Source of the DNA: the human T2T-CHM13v2.0 reference genome, Homo sapiens | Direction: 5' to 3' (one strand) | NCBI RefSeq assembly: GCF_009914755.1 | Contig: NC_060925.1 | DNA length: 64,000 nucleotides | In this document: in pieces, positions 1 to 13,711 of the stretch | How the letters are laid out: each line of letters opens with the position of its first letter | Position numbering within the stretch: position 1 is the first letter of the stretch | Notes under the pieces: model-generated | The model's database searches: none | Told to the model about the DNA's origin: nothing | What the model saw: the letters and a program-made list of their open reading frames with translations, nothing else | Translations under genes and position numbers: made by a program

Positions 1-36
1 AAACTTTCAAACGTTCCAATTTAAAAAATTAGAATA

Positions 37-337
<301 letters not shown>

Positions 338-1569
338 TTAAATTTATACAAAGCCTCCTAAGGTGTCAGATTCTTTTCTGAGAATATTTTATTTTCTGAA
401 ATATATACAGTATAGTGGCTACTACATACTACCTATAAAATACTGTATATACTACCTATAAAATAGTGAGATAACTTGTGGAATTTAACTTACATGTATG
501 TTTAATTTACTCGGTAAAACACAGAGAATAATTCAAAAGCTTTTCATTTACAACATATACAAATGACTTTAGATAATTTGAAAGCAGTATAAGAATGGAG
601 CAAAATTGCTATTATTAAGCAATAAATTCTACATGTTTGTATACACAGTTTTAGTTTTAGTGAACACTCAGCAAAATTTGATGCTACATTACTGCCCACA
701 TACTTTTCTCTGTACAATATTTCTCCCAAGTCAGCAATCAATCTATTCTTTCAAATTAATGTTACTTCTAACAAGAGACCAAATCAAACTATGGCCAAGT
801 TCCAGGGATCTTATTTCCTGTTCCTATATACTCTATTGAAATTTATTTGCAGCACTAGCATGCTGATGGCAGTAAATCTGCTTATTTGGAGAGAATATAA
901 TGGATGTCATGTAAATAAAAAACACTTATGGGAAAGTGTTATGTGAATACAATTTCTGTTTTGATCTTCAAGATGAAATATTAATGGAAATACTTTTCTA
1001 ATAATGTTGCTCATTGAAAAAGTAATTAGAATAAAATTCTAACACTCTGTCAAGTGTTTATAGTTGAGGGTTATGTTAGTGATGTCTAAGTTTCCAGTGT
1101 GCTAATTTTATATTGCTATTTATACAGCAGGAAAGATTAAAGACAACTCTTCTTTTTTTGATTGTACTCCATATATATCAAAAGAATCATCTGATTACTT
1201 ACTTCAAAGAGACCCTATTGCCTGAATGTCCTCCTTATGAATATGTTCATGGCAATATTTAATTCATATCTTTAGATTTATTTGCCTATGACATAACAGA
1301 TGAGCTAAGCCAGATATTGTATTTAAATGTATCAAAAAGAAGGTCAAGTGATTATAATATGTTTTAAATTTACAATTTATTCTCTGAAAATGATTTTGTT
1401 TACTGTTCTGCCTATAGAAAACTTTATTCTATTGAAGATATACTTAGTTTTGTTTCAATTTTTCTGAAACCAAACATTCAAATAAATGTGCAAAAATACA
1501 ATACAAAAATAGAAAGGATTTTTATGCAAATATTAATAATAACAAAAGGAGAAGTGATCGATATTTTAA

Positions 1570-1728
1570 CTTCAAAAAACAGAGGCCCTGTGACCTAAGA
1601 CTTATATAAATCTATCCTGAAGAAACATCACATTATTTGCACAAATACATATGTACATGGCTGTTCAGTGCACCATCATTTACAGAGTTAAATAATAAAA
1701 AAGCTACTTGGAAGTTTCTAAATGCCCA
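1570..1728 (+). mobile_element. Old L1M(E) ORF2 3' fragment
   Basis: Diverged resemblance to L1 ORF2 end (tatgtacatggctgttcagtgcaccatcattt...ctaaatgccc). Confidence 0.4.
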
Positions 1729-1729
1729 G

Positions 1730-2365
1730 GACTATAGCTACCCTTCTTCCCTCTATTCTGGCCCTCCTACCATTCACACTGCACACAGAAACAGAATGAT
1801 TTTAAAAATATGTAAATCAAATAATCTCTACGTCACTGATTTTGAGTTTTCCACTGAATTTAGCATAAAATCAAGTTCTGTAACATTGTTTGCAAAGCTC
1901 TGCAAGAGTGGACCCTTAACCAACTCTCTAGTACCTTCTGTTATAATTCATGCCTCCAATAACTTCTTTTTTAACTCTCAAAATAACATATCTCTTAAAG
2001 TCCTTTCACCTTTTGTTCGCTTTAATTTTTTCTCTTTCCCTAATTCTTTTGCTGACTGGCTTCTCTCATTTTACATGTCTGAACTCAAATATCAACTTCC
2101 TGGGGAGGCTTTCCTTAATCAAATATCCTAAAGTAATTGTTTTACCCCTTATTACTCATTATCATGTAAATATGCTTATTTCTTTTGTAGCACTTTTTCA
2201 TTCGGAGTTTTTCTATTTGTTTACTTCTTTACTATTTTACCTGCCAGAATATGAGTGTTATGATGAAACAGATTGTGTCTGTGTTGCACCTGAGTTTCTA
2301 ATGCCCATAGGATTAGAATCAGGATAATGGTATGGCACTTAATAAATAATTGTTGAAAGACTAAT
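1730..2365 (+). mobile_element. L2a 3' fragment
   Basis: L2-like body (aaaatcaagttctgtaacattg...aagctctgc) ending in the L2 tail cacttaataaataattgttgaa. Confidence 0.75.
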
Positions 2366-2924
2366 ATAAATTATGGCTTGTAATCATGGAATCCCAAAGC
2401 AGTCTATAAAATATTATGTACATTTGTAGATGCTGGAATTTGAAGATCTCTGAAATATCTTATCAAGTATATAAAAATCTAATTCAATAGTATAAATTTA
2501 TGCAGCAAATTTTATTGAATACTTCATGCAAGACTTGTAGTAAAACTTCCATTCTAAGATTATTAAAAAGAACAAAAATAAGCACAATATACACAAACTA
2601 GAAAAAGCAAACTTATCTTCTATTATGGGGTAAATTGATTTGTATGACAACTATAAACAATAGTTACATATAGATGAACACATTTATATTGCTCATATAT
2701 GTGTGTTGCTGTAATGAGTAGAATGGCATATTCCAAATGACTAAGGTTATATTTTGGGAAATAAGCAGGTCTTTAGTGAGAGGTGAATTTAATACAGACT
2801 CCAGGTATTATTCTGTGCTTTGAAACACTACTTACGTCATTTTTCTGTGAAATTATAACTATGAGTTAGTTGTGTCACAAAGAGAATAAAGAGAGGAAAA
2901 ACATGGCAACTGTCCCACTATTAA

Positions 2925-3843
2925 TGATAGAGGCAGGAGGCAGAGAAATTCTAGGCAGACAAGAGCAGGTTCCTCGTGGAATCCCCACCTTCAAGCCAAA
3001 AGCAGCCTGAAATCTGCAGCCCAATGTAAGAACTTTTGTTACTGTTTGCTTTCTCTCGATTAGTTCTTTCTGCATAATGTCTTTATATCAATCAAATGTT
3101 GCCTTTCCCAAAACTACCTACAGCAAGCCCCATCCCCCCATCTTGTGCCTGTAAAGACCCCAAACTTATCTGGTAGAGAGAAGTGGTTGGACATCAAGGA
3201 GAGATGACTTGACTTCAGAGATGATGGCTGGACATTAGAGAGAGGCAACGTGACTTTGGAGGAGAGCCACCTGCCCTTCCTATCCCCTTTCTAGCTCCCC
3301 TCTCCACTGACAGCCAATTTCATGGCTCAATATAATTCTCCACATACATCATCCTTCAATTTGTCTGCGTGACCTCATTCTTCTTGGGCACCAGACAAGA
3401 ATTCAGGAACCACAAAGTGTGGGTACCCAAGAAAGTTGTCACATTGGCCCTTTGCCCTCGCTGGTGGAGGGCTGCCACCCCATGAGATGAGGCAAAGGGC
3501 CCACTGACCTGATTAACACACTGCCGTCCTCTGATGGTGGAACTAAGACAGCATTGTAATATGTCGTCTGGGGCCTTGGGGGCACAGGCACCCCCGGATG
3601 GATGCTGCCGCGGGTCCTGAATGGAGTTTCCGGTTTCTGCACTCTATCATTGCTTTATCCTGGGAGGGGTGGAGCTCAGTGGACCTGAGTAAAGTGAGTT
3701 TGCTCCTGCCAGTGCTGAGGCAGCCAGCCTGCACTGGTTTGCTCACGTGCTCCCTCCCGCAAAGGGTTTAGTGCAGCAGGCTGAGTAAACAGGGCATCCC
3801 TGTTGTAAATCTTGCCAGGGGGTCAAGAAAATATCCTGCATCA
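2925..3843 (+). mobile_element. Solo ERV1 LTR of the LTR27/LTR28 (LTR1/MER52-related) group
   Basis: TGAT...ATCA termini; start TGATAGAGGCAGGAGGCAGAGAAATTCTAGGCAGA and end GGGGTCAAGAAAATATCCTGCATCA typical of this group; GC-richer than flanks. Confidence 0.85.
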
Positions 3844-4263
3844 TCGATGCCATAGTGAAAGTAGCTAAGATATGGAAACCTGTTGGTCCTGTTGTGAAAA
3901 AGTGCTCTATGCTCAGTCTCCTTGGCGTTTCAATATCTTATTTGTGTAACTTGTCTTCATTTGAATTAATAATAATCTCTTCCTTCACTTGTCAATGACT
4001 TTCTTAATATAGTATTTAAAATATGAAGTGATTACATTAATTTTTAATTTTGAAAAGTATTAATAAAGTGTGAATGGAAAAACTTTGTCCAAAGAAGTCT
4101 ATTTCAAGCAATATTTATGAAGGTCTAATTATTATAAGCAAACTCAGTTTAAGTATCTATAAACAATTTTCTATGAAAGAGAAATATAAGATTTTTCCTA
4201 AAAGAAAATAAAGTGAGTCTCCGAAAATTTTACTGCTAAGATAACTTTGTAGATAACATTGTA

Positions 4264-5374
4264 AAACTGACCCTTGAACAATGTGATGGTTAGGGCCACC
4301 AATCCCCCGTGCAGTTAAAAGTCCAGAAATAAATTTTGAGTCCCTGAAAACTTAACTACCAATAGACTACTGTTGACTGAAGCCTTCCAATAACATAAAC
4401 AAGTAGATTAACACACGTTTGGTATGTTATATGTATAATATATTGTGTTCTTATAATGAAATAAGGCACTAAGTTTTGGAGTGATTTGTTATTTAGAAAT
4501 AAACAGAACATTCCTCTAAAACTGGTGAGTTATTAAGAAAATCATAAGAGAAAATACATTTACAGTACTATACTATATTTGATAATGATATTGTAAGTTT
4601 ACATCCTGTGTTTACAAGATGAATCATCTGTTTGAAACAGTGGGCAATCACAGCAGCAGACTTCAAGTTATGGTACAGATCAAGCAATTCAACTTTTTCT
4701 TATAATGTCATTACTTTTCTCTACTTCTTTGGAGCACTTCTAGCATCACTGGTGGCATTTCATATGGGTTCCCAGGGTTTATTAGAGATTTACAATGTTG
4801 CACTAAACAGGCGGAAGAAGACTCGAGAATTGGGAGAGACCCTTTTTTACTGCAATACACAATTTACTGGAACTGCTCATGCCTAGAGGATTAGTATGGC
4901 ATGGCATTTTAAGTAGCTACTCCAAACACTTGAACTCACCTCAATAGCAACAGGAGGGGCTATGAAATTATTACAGTAGCATAATATATGCTACAGTTAA
5001 TTTTATGCAGTTATGATTTATGATTTAATACTGCATTTTTACATGTGTTTACATTTCTCTCCACTGTGAATGGCACCATGTACGGTCTGTGTTTCTGTGC
5101 CTATGTTTTGATAAATTTTAACTTTTAATAATAGATTTGTGTATATATTATAGTAGCAAAGGATAAAATAGACTAGCATCTACATATATTTTATGCATTC
5201 ATGACATACCAATTTTTTTTTCTGGTTTTTATCTTTTTAAATATTTCCAGGCTATGTGGTTTGTCTGCGAGTTTTCATTTTAATCTCCAAAAAATTTTCT
5301 AATGTATTTATTGAGAAAATCTATAAATAAGTGGACCCATGCAGTTGAAACCCGTGTTGTTCAAGTATCAACTG
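4264..5374 (-). mobile_element. Tigger2b-like non-autonomous DNA transposon
   Basis: Terminal inverted repeats (aaactgacccttgaaca ... tgttcaagtatcaactg), TA on both sides, ~1.1 kb. Confidence 0.9.
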
Positions 5375-5734
5375 TAGTACAGTTTCTAGGTCTGTGGATA
5401 ATACTGAAGTGCAATAATCTCCCTGGGTTTTCAATTCCTAAATTCAAATGAACTTAACAATCTTGCAATAATTATCAGAAGGATAATGATTCCTAAGTAT
5501 CAATTCATGGTGAGTTTTAAAAGATACACAGCCCATGTATCACTTGGCAAATTAATTGCTCATTATCACTCAGTGGGAAAGAATTCAACTGTTTTGGGAG
5601 AATCACCTTTAAATTATGTCCACTTGTAAATTATCTTCAGTAGAATGTTATTTAATGATGATCAGTTTGTTTTTAATGACTGTTATCTCTCTGAATATGT
5701 ATAGATATAATCTGGATTTTTTATTAAAATGCCA

Positions 5735-5888
5735 TAAAGAAGGAACCACAACTTCAAAAGTAATTATTGGGTACTGGGCTCAATTCCTAAGAGATGAAAT
5801 AATCTATACAACAAACCCTCATGACGAGTTTACCTAGGTAATAAACCTTCACATATACCCCTGAACCTAAAATAAAAGTAAAAAAAAA
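5735..5888 (+). mobile_element. L1 3' UTR end (L1PA15-16/L1PB-like)
   Basis: attgggtact...acaaaccctcatgac...acatatacccctgaacctaaaataaaagt plus A tail. Confidence 0.85.
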
Positions 5889-6565
5889 GTAGAGACTATA
5901 CCCTAATTCTATGCAAAATACCTACTCAGAAAGTATTTACTGAGTATTTATTTTACTGTTAAGATGTCAAAACAAATCAAAGTAACATTGGCACTTTTAA
6001 CCTTTGGGAACACCATGAATTGTGAGTATTAAAATGCTGTAGTTCTGTTAAGCATTTGGTTTTATAAAAGTATAAATCATTTAAATCTCTCAATCTGAAC
6101 GACCTGGGGAGAGATGGTAAAGCATTTAGAAGCAGAGACTAAGCGAGAATTATCAAAAGAGTTAGTATAACAAAGTTTTATGGTAAACTTGAAACACAAT
6201 TTATAAAAAGGAAATTCTTGATTGGGGGCAAAACATGCAGAGAAAGCATGTGTTTTTTTTGTTTTTTTTTTAAATTACTTTGAATCTCTAGTATTACCCT
6301 CTTTTATATTTCCGGTGCAGCAAGCAACCTTCCAATACATGTTTATGTCCAATGAATACAGGTTAAAGAACTCCAACACAGTGAAACAATAGATAGATAC
6401 AGTAAAATATATAGCTCTAGTATGAGGCAGAAGAAAAGACATTAGGCCTCTAGTGTGGATACTACCTCTGCGGTTTTTAAAAGATATGTCTACCAAGAAG
6501 TGCAGGGTGGCACCATTGATGGGACATCAGCTTGACAAAACATGAATTGTAATAATTAAATGGAA

Positions 6566-6738
6566 GCTGGGCATGGCGATGCAAGCGTGCCTGTAGGCTG
6601 TAGGCCCATCTACTCTGGAGGGTGAGTCTGGAGGATCACTTTGAGCCCAGGAGTTGAAGTCTGCAGTGAGCTCTGACATGCCACTGCAGTTCAGCATGGG
6701 CAACAGAGTAAGACTTCATCTCTCAAAAAAAAAGAAAA
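6566..6738 (+). mobile_element. Free Alu monomer (FRAM/FAM-like)
   Basis: Single right-arm-type monomer with GGAGGATCACTTTGAGCCCAGGAG and A tail. Confidence 0.85.
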
Positions 6739-8310
6739 TGCAATGGAGACTATCTCTGAGATTTCAAATTCTTGAATTCAATTTGTTAGTACTTTTCAAA
6801 CTGAGAAAGTATTCAGGGAAAACTCACTTTAAAAAAAATTATTATTTAAAATGATGGACTGGATAATTTAAAGATACCTGTGAAATAAAATAATTAGCCA
6901 GCAGTTTGTTTCATAAATTGGTATTTAGAGCAAATAAATATAGATCTACAGATAGTATTAGACATTTCATCAATACTATGGAAATACTTTTGAATTACCC
7001 TGTCATACAACAGAGTCTGTATTTTAGTGATCAGATTATACAGATGGACTCATTCAGTATCTTTTATTCTTACTTCAATTATGAAAAAAAAATCAAATTT
7101 TTAGGATGTGGCATGTTTTCATTTTTCTAGCCTACCAGTAGCTTCTGTTAAAATTGTCTTTCTGCAGACATAAATTCATACAATCAACTACATAAAAATG
7201 TTTCCCCTCATATTCAATATGAATGGGAGAAATTTTGCCAACTTGGATACTTTCCAAATTTTCTGGCGACTTTAACCATCTTCCACGTGGATTTCTTCTA
7301 CAGATAGCTCAACCTTTGAAAGTACATGCGAGAAATTTGCTATAACCCTCTTTTTGCTGCCACATCATAGTTTTTCCCCCCGACTACCTTGGAATATTTC
7401 CATGGGCACAAAATAAGGTAATGCTTGTGAAAAAGTTTTAAAACTAAGCCAAACCTATAAATATAAGGCATATTCCAAACATGGCAAAAGTGGGAATTTT
7501 CTAGAAAAAATATATCCCCCCAAACCCAATTGTCTAGCATCTCTATTATGGAAGCACCTAAATATTGGGATAGCTATATCCTTACATCCTACATATGCTG
7601 ATGCCAAGGAAGAATATTAATACAATCAGCCTCTGCTAAGGCATAATAATTAATAATCACGGATCATTTTGATTCTACAAATCAATCTATGTTGAATCCT
7701 GCACCTCATACTTCTAAGTTGGTTTTCAGTTTAGAAAATGCTTTCTTGTGACTTATTTTATTAGATTACACGAAATATCATGTGGAATATTTAAGATCAT
7801 ATTAACAAAACTACTACTAATAATAATGGTGCTCCTATAATTTTAATTTATCTTAATTTTACAGATATTTTAAAAATGACAGCCAATATTGCCAAATTGT
7901 TAAACAAAAAACAATTTTATTATTTCCTCAATCTGTATATTTTCACCACATAATGAATCTTTAACTTTGTATTAAAAAATCTCAAAATATATTATTTAAA
8001 TAATGCAAATAATGTAGTAGTAATTTTAATTGGGGCTTATTAGTTGAAAAAGCACATAAGATAATTGTGTCTTCTATTTTGATTTTATTAATATCTATGT
8101 ATCATCAATTGGTCATTCAATAAGTGTCACAAATCAAGACGACAGATTCAAAAAATACGTTCTGAAATAAATTGTGGGAAAAAACTAACTTGTAATTCCC
8201 GCTAGCCATTAAACTTTCAATGATAGTGCTGCAAGCATTTTTTCTTTCATTCTTGAGGAAATATTAAATGAAAAAATATTATACAAAGTGCTCCTTTTTC
8301 CTAGATAAAG

Positions 8311-8312
<2 letters not shown>

Positions 8313-8344
<32 letters not shown>
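8313..8344. repeat. (GT)n microsatellite
   Basis: Perfect GT run. Confidence 0.98.
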
Positions 8345-8348
<4 letters not shown>

Positions 8349-9997
8349 GGAGAGTTTTCTTCTGTCTATAATAAATAAATAAGACAAAATAGAAAATCAA
8401 AATGTAAGCATTTACTAAAAAGAGTATTGTCTCTAAGAAAACTTACTACTGTTTGAATATATTAAATATATACATATAAGGAAATAATCTGTGTGTGAAT
8501 TTGCTTTAGTGTTTCATTGGGTTTTTAAATTTGACTTTAATACCATTTTGTATTATATTAAATTCTGAGGAATAGTCAATACATTTGACTATGCTTGTGT
8601 GTAGTGGAAACAATATACAATAGAATCATTGCTAAATTAAATTTTGAAAAAGTCATCAATAATCATTTAATTCAAACGAATAAACTTTTTAAAAAACTGA
8701 GGAAAAGTAATATTACAGAGAGTTGGAAGATTCTAAATTACGACCTCTTTATTAACTACTGATATATAGTTATTGTTAAGTCAAAATTTATAAACCCACA
8801 TATTTCAAACAAGGGAGTTCTCATAATTGTTTTGTATTCCAGAATGTGCTATGTTCCTAAGTTAATAATTTTGTTCTATCTGAATTCTGTTAACTTTTTT
8901 CCATTTATATTGCAATGATACAAACTGAAATGGTTGTTTACAATGCTGTAGTTCTGTTTTTAAAAAGGTGATTTTCACCTTTTTGCTTAATGCTATGGAA
9001 AAAGCATTTAATCACACCCACAGTGGGAAAATATCTGTTTTAAGTCAAAATAGTGACTTAAAATATTAACCTTCGGGATTAGATATTTACTATTTTTTTT
9101 GTCTTTCAATGTGTTTTTTATATAAATCGTATTGTGTATATTAAAGGGATCAATATGATGTTATGTAATACATATATAGTAAAAGGACCACTATAGTGAA
9201 GCAAATTAACTTATCCATCATCTCACATAGTTACCAATTTTTTGTGTTTGGGTTGAGCAGCTAAAATCTACTCATTCAGCAGGAATCCCAAATAAAGAAT
9301 GATTTTTTTTAACTATAGGTTTCATTTACATTAGATCCTTAGACTTACTCATATTATGTATCTGCTGCTTTATAAACTGACTTACATCTCCCCATTCCAG
9401 CTCACCCCCAGTTCCTGGTTACCATTATTTTCTTCTCCAAGTCTGTGTATTTGATTTTTTTTGTTTTGTTTTATTTTATTTTATTATTTTCTGTTCAAGA
9501 TTCTACATACGTGAGATCATGCAATATGTTTCTGCGTCTGGCTTATTTCACTCAGTATCATGTCCTCCAGTTTTATCTCTGTTGTGTAAATGGCAGAACC
9601 TTCTTTTTTAAGGCTGAATAATATTCCCATATATATATATATATATGGACTACTATGGTTTCTTTATTCATTTATTCGTTGAAGGAAATTTAGGGTTTTT
9701 TTTAATTTCCATATCTTGACTAATGTGAATAAGGCTGCAGTGAACATAGAAATGCAGTCATCTTTATGAGGAGGTGATTTCATTTCCTTTGGTACATATT
9801 CAGAAGAGGGATTGCTGGATCAAATGAGAGCTTTATTTTTGGATTCTTTAGAAAATTACATACTGTTTTCTATGTTTACATCAATCTACATTCCAACCAA
9901 TTGTGTACAACAATTTCCTTTTCACCACATTTTTACTAACATTTATTTCTTGACTCTTTGATAATAGCCATGTTAACAAGTATGAGGCAATATGTCA

Positions 9998-10297
9998 TTA
10001 TTATTATACTTTATTGAGATGAGGTTCTCGTTTTGTTACCCGTGCCACTCAGTGTCATGATCACAGCTCACTGCAACCTTGACCTCCAAAGCATAAGTGA
10101 TCCTCCCATGTCAGCCTCACAAGTAGCTCGGATCACAGGTGCATGCCACCACACCTAGCTAATTTTAAAATATTTTTGTAGAGATGGGGTCTCTCTTTGT
10201 TGCCCAGTCTAGTCTTGAACTCCTGGGATCAAGCAATCTGCCCACCTCGGCCTCCCAAAGTTTTGGGATTCCAGGGATGAGCCACCAAAACCATTCT
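9998..10297 (-). mobile_element. AluJ inserted in L1
   Basis: Diverged antisense dimer with J-type GAACTCCTGGGATCAAGCAATC; (TTA)n tail. Confidence 0.9.
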
Positions 10298-10762
10298 GTT
10301 ACCATGGTTTTAATGTACATTTCCTTGATACTTAATGATGTTGAGTTTCTGTCTTTTCATATACATGTTGGCCATGTTTCTGTCTTCTTTTTAAAAATGT
10401 CTATTCAGGATTTTTGGCCATTTTTTAATTATGTTACTTCCTTGTATACTATTGAATTGTATGTGTTCTTTATAAATTTGGCTTATTAACCCCTTATCAG
10501 ATACAGGGTTTACAAATATCATTCCCAATTTATAGGTTGCCTTTTCATTTTATTGATGGTTTCCTGTGCTGTGCAGAGATACTTTAGTTTGATATAGTCC
10601 CTTTCTTTGATATAGTTTGCTTTTGTAGCCTAAGCTTTCAACGTGATATATAAACAAACATTAAGGCCAATGTCAAGGAGTTTTCTCCTATATCTCTTCT
10701 AGAACTTTTATGGTTGAAGGTCTTAAGTTTAGTTTTTTGTCTATTTTTAGTTAATTTTTGTG

Positions 10763-10802
10763 AAAGTGCTGGGATTACAGGTGTGAGCCACTGCTCCCGG
10801 CC
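10763..10802 (-). mobile_element. Alu 5'-end remnant (~40 bp)
   Basis: aaagtgctgggattacaggtgtgagccactgctcccggcc. Confidence 0.9.
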
Positions 10803-12029
10803 TGTAACGTAATTTTCAATTAGGAAGTATGATGCCTTCAACTTTTTATTTCCCAGAATTACATTGGCTATTTGGAGTCTTTTGTGGTTTTGTGCAAATT
10901 TTAGGATAATTTTTTCTATTCCTGTGAAGAATGCCACTCAGATTTTAATAGGTATTGCATTGAACTTGTATATAGCTATGAGTAGTATGGAAATTTTTAA
11001 CACTTTTGATTCTTCTAATTCGTGAGCAAAAAATATTTTTTTTTCATTATTGGTGTGTCTTCTTCAGTTTATTTCCATCAACATGTTGTAGTGTTAGTAC
11101 AAATATTTTACCTCTTTTACTACATTTATTTTAAAGTATTTTATTGCTTTTGTTGGCATCATAAATGGGATTTAGTCCTTGATCTCATTTTTAGCTATGT
11201 TGTTGTTTGCGAATAAAGATACTGCTGACTGTTATATGTTGATTTTGTAACCTGCACTTTATTAAATTCATTTATTGGTTCTAACAGGGTTTTTTTGGTG
11301 GAAATTTTGAATCTTTCTCTAGGATCATGTCATCTGAAAATAGAGACAATTTTAATTATGTCAATCTGGTTCAGACATATTTTATTCTTCACTCTTTATT
11401 TGCTGATCTGTTCAGGCTTTCCATTTCCTCCTGATTTAATCAGGACAGGTTGTATTTTTATAGAAATCTATTCATTTCCTCTAGGTTATACAATTTGTTG
11501 ACATGTAATTATTCATAGTATTCCTGTATAAACTTTTTTTATTTCTGAGGTGAATGTTGTAGTGTCTCTGCTTTCTTATTTTTCTTATCTTTTTTTTTCA
11601 GTTAATCTAGATAAGAGTTTATTGATTTTATTTATTCTTGAAATGTGCTTTTTTCCCTAATAATTACACAATTTCAATAGGTTAGATGGAAAATAATAGT
11701 TGACAATATCCCAGTTATTCTTAATGCATTGATATTAAAACAAACTTTATCCACATTCCAGAAAAGTTGAAGAATTTGTACTGTAAACTCACAGGTATAT
11801 GTTTAAAAACTTATGGACATTTACCAGATGGATATAAAACAATTAACTATTATGTTTACCCCTTTATTATCCATGATTATCTATGAGTAGTGAGATTACG
11901 TTTATTATTATACTTTACAGTATTTTGTATTCTATACTATACTTTCCATGGTGGTGATGTTTCTTTTATGCTTCAAAATAAAATTTTATTTTTAAATGTA
12001 TACAAAACAAGTCAAAATGAGAGAATTTT

Positions 12030-13711
12030 TATTTTAAAAGTATTTATTTTTGTGGTAAGAACATCTAACATGAGATCCACCCTCTTAAATTCTTTTAAAA
12101 TGCACAATACAGTATTTTAACTGTAGGGACAATGTTGCAGTGTATCTCCAGAATTTATCATCTTGCATAATTAAGATTTTATGTCCAATCTGCCTCATTC
12201 CACTTATCATAATGTCCTCAAAGTTCAACCATATTGTCACATATCGCATGGTTTCTTTTTGTATTTAAGGCTGAATAATATTCCATAGTATGTTTATATC
12301 ACAGTTTCTTTATCCATTTATCTGTTGGTGGATATTTACATTGTTTTCACAACTTGACTATTGTGAATAGTGCTGCAATGAACATGGGAATTCTAATACC
12401 TCTTCAAGACTCTGAATTCAATTATTTGGATAAGTACGCCAAAGTGGGATGACTGGATCATGTATGGCTCTTATATTAATTTGTTGAGGAACTCCCATAT
12501 TGTTTCCAGTTACAGCTGCACCATTGGAATGTCCCACCAATAGTGCACAAATGTTCCAATATCTCCACACCTTAACCAACAATTGTCTTTTAAAAATAAT
12601 AGACATTCTAATAGGTGTAAGGTGATAGCTCATTGCAGTTTTGATTTGCACTTCCTGCTGTTTAGTAATATGAGCACCTTTTCCTATACCTGTTGGCCAT
12701 TTATATATCTTCTTTGGAGAAATGTCCATTCAAGTTTTAACACAATTTAAATTAATTTATTAGTTTTTTGCCACTGGTTTTCTTGAGTTGTTTTATATGC
12801 ACTCATTTAAGCACTTGTCTCTTCCAGAAGTCACATAGATTCAATACTTGATTTGGCGATATTGAGAGATGAAAACTTTAAGATATATTTGAGTCGTAAG
12901 GTCTCTGTCTTCATGAATAATCTATTCATGGATTAAGCTTAATTGGTTAATGGGTTAACACATTAATAAGTTATCATGAGTGGGACTGGTGGCTCCATAA
13001 GAAGAGGAAGGGAGACCTGAGCATGTTAGCATGGTCACCCCATTGCTATGTGATGTTCTGCACCTGCTCGATGTTCTGCACCTGCTCAGTGTTCTGCAGA
13101 GAGTTCTCACCAGTGATAATACTCTTAACCAGCTGCAACCACTTGACCATGGACTTTGCAGGCTCCATAACTGTAACAAACAGATTTCTTTTTAAATTAT
13201 CTAGTTTCAAAAATTCTATTTTAAACAACAGAAAATGGACTAATACATTATATATATGGGAAATTAACCCATTATCTGATTTATGGTTTGCAAATATTTT
13301 CTCTCATTCTGAAGGCTCATTTTTCAATTAAAGGCTGATTGTTTTCATTGCTGTGCAGAAGCTTTTCAGTTTTATGTCATCTTACTTGCCTGTTTTTTTT
13401 TTTTTACTTTGGTTGTCTATGGTTTTGGTGTCCTATCCATGTAGTCCAACGATACAGAATAGAAAGTCCAAAAATGAATTCATGCATATGTAGTTAACTT
13501 ATCTTCAAAAAGGGGTTTGAGAATACACAATGAACAAAGAATAGTCTTTCAAAAAAATTGTGTTGAGAAAACTGGATATCCTTATCTTACTTATACCATG
13601 CACAAAAGAAACCTCAAAATGAATTAAAAAGTTACACTTAAAACATGAAACTGTAAAACTCAGAAAAGAAAACATAGGGATAAAGCTTCGTGACATTGGT
13701 CTTTGCAAAGA
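12030..13711 (-). mobile_element. L1MA/L1MB-type element with 5' inversion (13441-13711 in + orientation)
   Basis: Antisense 3' UTR and ORF2 (ORF track 12418-12729 resembles the ORF2p C-terminus), then sense ORF2 ending where the antisense part begins. Confidence 0.85.
12798..13247 (+). mobile_element. MST-type MaLR solo LTR (MSTC/MSTD-like) inserted in L1
   Basis: TG...CA ends, 3' end gaaaatggactaataca, 5-bp TSD TTATA on both sides; internal tandem duplication of tgttctgcacctgctc. Confidence 0.88.

Larger units (their letters stand above)
9110..11640 (-). mobile_element. L1MA-type (about L1MA9) 3' UTR plus ORF2 fragment, interrupted by Alus and internal deletions
   Basis: Antisense L1 3' UTR (gcaaattaacttatccatcatctcacatagttacc) followed by antisense ORF2; the ORF track at 10638-10937 gives an L1-like peptide (FFTGIEKIILKF). 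Confidence 0.9.

Noticed and set aside
426-465. Direct repeat atactacctataaaata
   Set aside because: A simple local tandem duplication with two copies and no array structure.
1637-2327. 164-aa and 125-aa ORFs
   Set aside because: They overlap L1M/L2 fragments, have low-complexity F/L/S-rich composition and resemble no protein I recognise.
7140-7420. Possible exon with AG acceptors and an AAG|GTAATG donor
   Set aside because: No sustained open frame or recognisable peptide, and the splice signals are at chance level.
13054-13098. Repeated tgttctgcacctgctc resembling a short array
   Set aside because: A slippage duplication inside an MST LTR with no spacers, so not CRISPR-like.
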